DNA of 64,000 bases from a virus. A model generated the notes under the pieces. It saw nothing but the letters and a program-made list of their open reading frames with translations, did no database searches and was not told the DNA's origin. Location: positions 51,555 to 115,554 of IMG/VR virus record IMGVR_UViG_3300001683_000016. One strand, 5' to 3'. A program made the translations under genes and the position numbers. Each line of letters opens with the position of its first letter. Positions within the stretch are counted from its first letter, which is position 1. This document shows, one piece after another, positions 57,739 to 64,000 of the stretch.

Positions 57739-60700
57739 ATGGGTACAGCACGAAACTTTAGTGTAAAAACAGGATTAGATATAGACGACGGCGATTTAAC
57801 ATTAACCGATGGAGATATCTTATTAACGGCTGGATTTTTACAGAGTACACCAGCGTCAGGTAATCCGTTAAAAATCAACGGTTCTACAATTTCAACTTTA
57901 TCAGGTAACCACGCTATTAACATTACACCACACGGAACAGGCTCAGTAGTTATTTCTAAATCGACTTTAACAACGACAGACATTAATGCGGGTACAATTG
58001 ACGGTGCTACCATTGGAGCAACATCTGCGGCTGCTGGTACATTCAGTACGATGACTGCAACCACATCTGTTCTTGGTACCCTCGGTGGGAATGTGGACCA
58101 CAACAACTACAATTCCACGAATGTAGATATCAACAGCGGTGCGATAGATGGCGCGCCTATCGGTGCAAATAGTGCTTCCACAGGGGCATTCACGACACTT
58201 AGTGCGACTGGTGCTGTAACGGTAGGTATTGATGATACGGGCCATGATGTGAAGTTCTTTGGTGCTACTACCGGCAAGTCCATGTTATGGGATGAAAGTG
58301 CAGACCAACTGAAAATTGTCGGTACTGCTGGCAGCGTTGCACTAGATATTGATACAGGTAACTTCACAGTTGGTGCTTATGGATTAACTAGTGCTGGTGC
58401 AGCAACTATTGCTTCAATGGCCGGTAACTGGACTAACGCAGGTAGAACTGTGGCTGACGCTGGTATTCTTACAACTGTTGACATTAATGGTGGTACAATT
58501 GATGCTGCTGATATTACAGTAGGTAGCAGTAAGACACTCGATGTGTCTGCCGGTACGCTTACTCTTGCAAACGACCAAATTAGCGGAGATGCTATCACAG
58601 GCGGTACAATTGGTGTTACTACAATTACGGCACTTACAACTGCTGGAATTACAGCGACTGCTAATCTTGACATTGGTGCTTACACCATAACTGGCACTCG
58701 TTTTATCTCTGATATTGCTACTGGGACTGCACCTTTGGCAGTAACATCTACAACCGAAGTTGCCAATCTAAATGTAGCGAAACTTAGTGGTGCTGATTGG
58801 GATGCACCTCTAGCAATTGGTGGCACTACTGCGGCTGCTGGTACATTCAGTACGCTAACTGCAACCAGTTTAGAAACAACTAGTTGGGGTAAAATAAACG
58901 GAAGTGCAATAGAAAGTACCACTAATTTCCAAGTCAATGCTTCCGCTAGAAGCGGTGGAGCATCGGGAGGTACAACAATATATGCAGAAGCGAGATTATA
59001 TTCTGATATAGCGAATGATGATATGGCAGGGGGATATAATAATTATACAGGTATGGCTAATTCATTAATTTTAGAAAATGCTGAGAATGTAGTTGATTCA
59101 GGTCAAGGTATTATTTACACAGTTGGAACAGGCGCAGATACTGGTAGTACATATGCTGCTGGTAGAATGTCGAGTACGGATAACAGGTACACAATAGGGT
59201 ACTTTGCTGACAACTGGGATGAAATAGGTTATTCTAACTCCGCCAACAATGGTCAAGATACAGAAAATCCACTATTGTTGGCTAATTCTCTCCTTCACAT
59301 AGGTGCTGATGGAGACTTGACGTTACATAAATCGGGAGGAACATTAAGTTTCACTTCAAATACTGATAAAATAACAAGTTTCGTAGGTAGTTCAAGTGCG
59401 AGTGCGAGCGCCGCCTATGTTTTACCAACAGCCGTACCAGCAGGCGGTAGTAAGATTTTACAATCCACAACAAGCGGTGTAATGAGTTGGGTAGCGGCTG
59501 GTAGCGGTGAAACCAATCAAAATGCATGGGGTGTTATTACTGTTCCAGCGGGGACAACAACACAAACAGCAGCAGTAGATGCAGATTCAATTGCTTTTAC
59601 TGTAGCAGACGGAATTAAAATTACCGGCGGAACTGATACAATTGAGTTTGCACTAAATGTTGATGGTGCCGGGGCATCGCCTATTGCAAGCGGTGATTTG
59701 ATTGCTTTTGCAGATGTATCTCATGCTTCTAATAGAACTCAAAAAGAGTCAATTGACGATATCGCTACGCTATTCGCTGGCACAGGTCTTACTGCTGCTA
59801 GTGCTGTGATAAGTGTCGATGCTGCGCAAACGGCTGCTACCAGTAGTATGACTAGTAGTACATCACGTACAATCACAACTCCATTACTTAGTGTCGAAAG
59901 CGGTACTTCTAGTAAACCTGTTATACAAATTAAAAATACACACGACGGTACTACTGGAGCAGAACTAAAATTCGTTTCAAATGACGCATCAGCAGGTGCA
60001 GATGGGGATGATATAGGTACTATCTCATTCTATGCAGATGACTCAGGTGGTAATCAAACAGCCTTTGCAAGTATATTGGCGGAAGTTTCAGAATCATTAA
60101 ACACGGATGAAGCGGGTAAACTATCTTTCTTCATCGCAGAAAGTGATGGTACTAATACAGCACAAACAGCAGCCTTGATTCTTGAAGGAGAGCACGCTAC
60201 TGATGGTCAAGTAGACGTTACAATCGGTGCTGGTGTTGCATCAACAACTACAATTGTGGGAGACTTAGTAGTAAACGGTTCAACAACAACAATATCAACA
60301 GCGCAATTAACCGTTGAAGATGATTTAATTACTGTTTCTAAGGGTAACGATACTATCGCTAATGCGAATGGTAGTGGGTTAGAAATAGACGCTACTCTTG
60401 CAACTAACATTGCATGGAAATATAATCATGCTACTACTGCTTGGCAATCTAACATAGACATAGACACATCAGGTACAGGTAACACGTACAAAATCAACGG
60501 CACTGAGGTACTAAACGCTACTACACTTGGTAGCGCAGTTGTATCATCAAGTTTGACTAGTACAGGCGCTCTTAATGGAGGTAGCATCACATCAGACTTC
60601 GGTACAATAGACACTGGTTTATCCACAATTACAACTACCGGATTAATCTCAGGCGGCTCATTAGACATAGACCATGTGTTAATCGACGGTACTACAATTG

Positions 60701-61290
60701 GTCACACAGATGATACAGACCTAATCACATTAGCAAATGGTCTAGTAACAGTCGCTGGTGAAATCTCAGTAACTACACTTGATATTGGTGGTACTAATGT
60801 AACATCGACAGCCGCAGAACTGAATCTAGTGGATGGTATCACAGCAGGTACAGTAGCAGCCAGTAAAGCAGTTATTGTAGATAGTAGTAAAGATATCACA
60901 GGCTTCAATGACCTAACGGCGGCTGGTGCAGTAAAAGGTGCTACACTCAGCGTTGATGCAGTTGCTATCTTAGATACTGCAAGAGGTGCTGCTTCAACTA
61001 TAACTGGTGCTACTAATTTATTCTCAATAGCAAAAGCAACTTACAAGGCTGCTAAGTTAATTTATCACATAAAGAAAGATGATAACAACCGTACAGATGC
61101 TGGGGAGATATTAGTTACCCACGATGGTACTAACGCTTTCCTTACACATTACGGTCAAGTTAGTACAGATACAGCAGTTGTAGGTACATGGGATTGTACT
61201 GTAAACGGCGCAAATATAGAAGTTAGATTTACACCTACCGTAAACGGTGCGCATACATATGGTATAACAGCGACACAAATGGTAGTCTGA
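57739..61290 (+). CDS. Tail fibre protein 2
   Basis: DINxGxIDG repeats; segments shared with fibre 1; N-terminal NFSVKTGL; C-terminal YKAAKL..E..VTHDG..YG. Confidence 0.75.
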   Translation: MGTARNFSVKTGLDIDDGDLTLTDGDILLTAGFLQSTPASGNPLKINGSTISTLSGNHAINITPHGTGSVVISKSTLTTTDINAGTIDGATIGATSAAAGTFSTMTATTSVLGTLGGNVDHNNYNSTNVDINSGAIDGAPIGANSASTGAFTTLSATGAVTVGIDDTGHDVKFFGATTGKSMLWDESADQLKIVGTAGSVALDIDTGNFTVGAYGLTSAGAATIASMAGNWTNAGRTVADAGILTTVDINGGTIDAADITVGSSKTLDVSAGTLTLANDQISGDAITGGTIGVTTITALTTAGITATANLDIGAYTITGTRFISDIATGTAPLAVTSTTEVANLNVAKLSGADWDAPLAIGGTTAAAGTFSTLTATSLETTSWGKINGSAIESTTNFQVNASARSGGASGGTTIYAEARLYSDIANDDMAGGYNNYTGMANSLILENAENVVDSGQGIIYTVGTGADTGSTYAAGRMSSTDNRYTIGYFADNWDEIGYSNSANNGQDTENPLLLANSLLHIGADGDLTLHKSGGTLSFTSNTDKITSFVGSSSASASAAYVLPTAVPAGGSKILQSTTSGVMSWVAAGSGETNQNAWGVITVPAGTTTQTAAVDADSIAFTVADGIKITGGTDTIEFALNVDGAGASPIASGDLIAFADVSHASNRTQKESIDDIATLFAGTGLTAASAVISVDAAQTAATSSMTSSTSRTITTPLLSVESGTSSKPVIQIKNTHDGTTGAELKFVSNDASAGADGDDIGTISFYADDSGGNQTAFASILAEVSESLNTDEAGKLSFFIAESDGTNTAQTAALILEGEHATDGQVDVTIGAGVASTTTIVGDLVVNGSTTTISTAQLTVEDDLITVSKGNDTIANANGSGLEIDATLATNIAWKYNHATTAWQSNIDIDTSGTGNTYKINGTEVLNATTLGSAVVSSSLTSTGALNGGSITSDFGTIDTGLSTITTTGLISGGSLDIDHVLIDGTTIGHTDDTDLITLANGLVTVAGEISVTTLDIGGTNVTSTAAELNLVDGITAGTVAASKAVIVDSSKDITGFNDLTAAGAVKGATLSVDAVAILDTARGAASTITGATNLFSIAKATYKAAKLIYHIKKDDNNRTDAGEILVTHDGTNAFLTHYGQVSTDTAVVGTWDCTVNGANIEVRFTPTVNGAHTYGITATQMVV

Positions 61291-61291
61291 G

Positions 61292-61313
61292 CATGATGGA
61301 TAGTGAAATTATG
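61292..61313 (+). promoter_or_regulatory. Hairpin catgat-GGATAGTGAA-attatg abutting the RBS of fibre 3
   Basis: 6-bp stem (one G-U) with a 10-nt purine-rich loop; 3' arm overlaps ggtga. Confidence 0.4.
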
Positions 61314-61324
61314 GTGATGAATAA

Positions 61325-63024
61325 ATGGGAACAGAAAGAGATTTTGTAGTAAAGAAAGGATTAGTAGTAACCGAAGATATTGAACTCGGTCATGCTACTG
61401 ATACTACAATAGCACGCTCCAGTGCTGGAGTGATAACAGTTGAAGGAACGACAGTCTTGTTGTCGGGTGCGGCTTTAGGAACACCAGCAAGTGGTGTTTT
61501 GACCAACGCAACGGGCACAGCATCAGGCTTGACAGCAGGAACAGTCACAACTAATGCTAATCTAACAGGTGATGTTACTTCATCAGGAAATGCAACTACT
61601 ATTGCTACTGATGCGGTGGATATAGCGATGCTTTCAGCAACCGGAACTGCTTCATCTTCAACATATCTTAGAGGTGATAATACTTGGGCTACTGTTTCAA
61701 GTGGCGGTGCTACTGCTATTGATGGTTTATCTGATGCACTCAAAGAGAACAATTCAATTTGGCTTGGAAGCGACCCAAGCGGAACAACGGTTTCAGCAAC
61801 CCATAACACCGCCGTAGGAGATACTGCCTTAGATTCAATTACCACGGCAGATTTCAATTCTATTCTCGGCTCAAAAGCGGCCACAGCATTAACAACAGCC
61901 TCATCGGTAGTCGCAATAGGTTATCGTGCATTAGACGCTGCAACCACAGGTGGTTCTGGTGCAGTAGCAATCGGACAAGATGCAATAGGTGGTGCAGTTA
62001 CAGGAAGTTATCAAGTAGGAATTGGATATGGTGCTATTAGAAATAATACATCAGCAAATTACACAATAGGTATCGGTTATAGTGCTGGTAATGGAATTAC
62101 TACTGGTGGCGCGTCAGTAGCAATTGGTGCCAATGCTATGTATAGTGGCTCACAAGGAGCAGAAAATGTCGCTATCGGCTATGCTGCTTTAGGTAGTGCA
62201 AATGCAAGTGATAATGCCTATAACATCGCTATCGGCTCAAATACACTCGATGCAATTACAACCGCAGATTACTCAGTCGCAATTGGCTACAAGGCTGGAA
62301 CAGACCTTACAACAGCCCAAGCCTCAATTATGATTGGACATAAAGCCGGACAGAATAGCGGTTCAAACTCGGTGTATATTGGTTATTCAGCCGGAGAATT
62401 GGCTTCTGCCGCTTCTGCACAAAATAACTTCATAGGATATAGAGCAGGTCGTTATGCAAGTTCAACATACAATATCGCTTTGGGTCATCGTGCTATGGAT
62501 GGTTCAAGTTTCTCAGGCAGTTATAACATAGGAATTGGAACAGATGCTTTAGGTGCTAACAGTCTAACTGGAACAAAAAATCTTGCACTTGGTTACGGTG
62601 CAGGCGATAACATCACTTCAGGTTCTAATAATATCATTATCGGTGCGGCAGATGTAACAGCAACTTCAAACGACCAATTATCTATATCATCAGGAGATGG
62701 TAGCCCTGTTTGGATTACAGGTGATTCAAATGGTAATGTATCATTAAATCAATTAGCAGATGTTGTAGCAGTATCAACCAATACAACACTAACACTGTTT
62801 ATTGGACAGCAGGAACTTGCACTTTACCTGTTGATGCAGCAGTAGGAACACAATTCACAGTATTCAATAATACAGGTTCAAGCGCAACAGTAGCATTAGG
62901 CGCAGGTGATGCTATGGCTGGAAGTTGGGCTACTAATGCGGCAGTAGCAGATAATGATGCAACAGCCTATGTTTGTGTTAATATAAGTGTTAGTGAAAGT
63001 CAATGGGTGCAAGTGGGAGCATGA
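61325..63024 (+). CDS. Tail fibre protein 3 with NxAxG repeats; frameshifted near 62794
   Basis: Track ORF 61325..62845; fibre-like C-terminus TVYWTAGTCTLP...QWVQVGA continues in the -1 frame to TGA 63024. Confidence 0.7.
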
Positions 63025-63605
63025 GTTTCATAGGTTCAGTGGGAGTTGTAGCCCAACAAGGAAATCAAGCAGTTGCTTCTGCACCAACGGATGTATCATT
63101 AGCAACATCAATAAGTAGTAATTACGATGATGCAGTTATCACTAAAGCATATAATGGTTCAACACCCGAAGAAAACATACACATGCAAGAGGGTGTAGTA
63201 GCAAGTGGTAGTTCTATAATAACTGAATTAGATATAACTGAATTAAATCTTTTTTCTGCTGCAAATTATATTAACATTAGAATAGGTGCATATCTTAGGG
63301 CAACAGGAGCAACAAGTTATTCTTATGTTTTACATGATTTAACAGGCCAACTTGATGGTGTAACAACATCATTGGTAACTTCAAGTATGTCCACTACACA
63401 AAATGTATTAGACCCTCATCCCGGTATTGGCGGATATGTAAAAATAGATGCAGGTGGAGGTCGAGGCGGTTTAACTTGGGGTAATAGTGATGATTGGCTT
63501 CAATTCAAAGTTAGAGGAACAGCAACTAATTCAGCAGGTTCAACATCTATTAGCCCTGATATAACCGTTAAAATAATTTGGACACCCGGAGATAGAGGGG
63601 ATTGA
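63021..63605 (+). CDS. Putative fibre-associated/receptor-binding protein
   Basis: Track ORF 63003..63605; ATG 63021 overlaps the stop of the restored fibre 3 (ATGA). Confidence 0.55.
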   Translation: MSFIGSVGVVAQQGNQAVASAPTDVSLATSISSNYDDAVITKAYNGSTPEENIHMQEGVVASGSSIITELDITELNLFSAANYINIRIGAYLRATGATSYSYVLHDLTGQLDGVTTSLVTSSMSTTQNVLDPHPGIGGYVKIDAGGGRGGLTWGNSDDWLQFKVRGTATNSAGSTSISPDITVKIIWTPGDRGD

Positions 63606-63606
63606 T

Positions 63607-64000
63607 ATGAAAATTAATGTTAATATTCCAACAGGAACAAGTGGTGATTTTGAAATTGCTAATTATTCAAATGAAACAACAGATAATAATTGGCAAACTT
63701 ACCTTAGTATGAAAGATGAAACCCATACGAATTATATAGTTCTTCTTAAATCAAATTGTGTTATGCCTATCATGCAAGATTCAGAAGCAGAATACAATGA
63801 ACATCAATGGCTATGGGATAATGCAACAGGAGATGTTTTAATCGGCGGTTTAGGAATAGGGTTAGTTAATCAAGTTCTAATAGACAATCCAAATATTACT
63901 TCGGTCACAATTATTGAAAACTCACAAGATGTAATAGACCTTGTTTGGGAACATTGTTCTAAAGATGAACGCTTTACACTTATACAAGAAGATATAGAAA
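63607..64000 (+). CDS. Class I SAM-dependent methyltransferase/spermidine-synthase-like protein (runs off the window)
   Basis: Manual translation includes IMQDSEAE, DVLIGGLGIG and VTIIENSQDVIDLV. Confidence 0.75.
   Translation, partial: MKINVNIPTGTSGDFEIANYSNETTDNNWQTYLSMKDETHTNYIVLLKSNCVMPIMQDSEAEYNEHQWLWDNATGDVLIGGLGIGLVNQVLIDNPNITSVTIIENSQDVIDLVWEHCSKDERFTLIQEDIE

Noticed and set aside
58025-58854. 26-nt exact repeat (58025, 58829) as a DGR template/variable pair
   Set aside because: Short, identical, no adenine-specific differences and no reverse transcriptase; explained by fibre repeat duplication
524-61884. Numerous short minus-strand and nested alternate-frame ORFs in the track
   Set aside because: They lie within longer + strand genes with coherent motifs and show no independent coding signal
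1-64000. tRNA, rRNA, integrase or transposase genes
   Set aside because: None recognised by eye; intergenic gaps are mostly too short. A tRNAscan/Infernal run would be needed to exclude them formally

Overview
The window is a gene-dense, AT-rich segment with all credible genes on the + strand. It looks like the morphogenesis region of an archaeal head-tail virus (Caudoviricetes). Gene order and GGTGA/GAGG-type ribosome-binding sites suggest a Marine Group II (Poseidoniales) 'magrovirus'-like genome; this is inference, not a database result. Order: accessory/putative head-cargo genes (1-3.5 kb); a membrane-protein and small-GTPase cluster (3.6-7.4 kb); a putative small terminase and low-complexity head-associated proteins; large terminase; LAGLIDADG protein; portal; small scaffold-like genes; a 1879-aa protein with a degenerate ligase domain; prohead protease/scaffold; HK97-type major capsid protein; head-tail joining and tail tube genes; tail chaperones with a -1 frameshift; a very short tape measure; a 5516-aa tail protein; three fibre genes; and a truncated methyltransferase. 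The most notable signal is a candidate capsid-targeting/cleavage-tag system. A 12-codon tag (GEPMDIAFQLLK, nearly identical in DNA) splits ORF 259..3141 into five unrelated modules, one SAM-lyase-like and one HNH-like. Related F-x-x-[SA]-W-x-x-L-K tags occur on neighbouring genes and as an empty 13-codon scar at 28668. Second is a virus-encoded Arf/Rab-like GTPase flanked by membrane proteins. All family assignments come from motifs recognised by eye.
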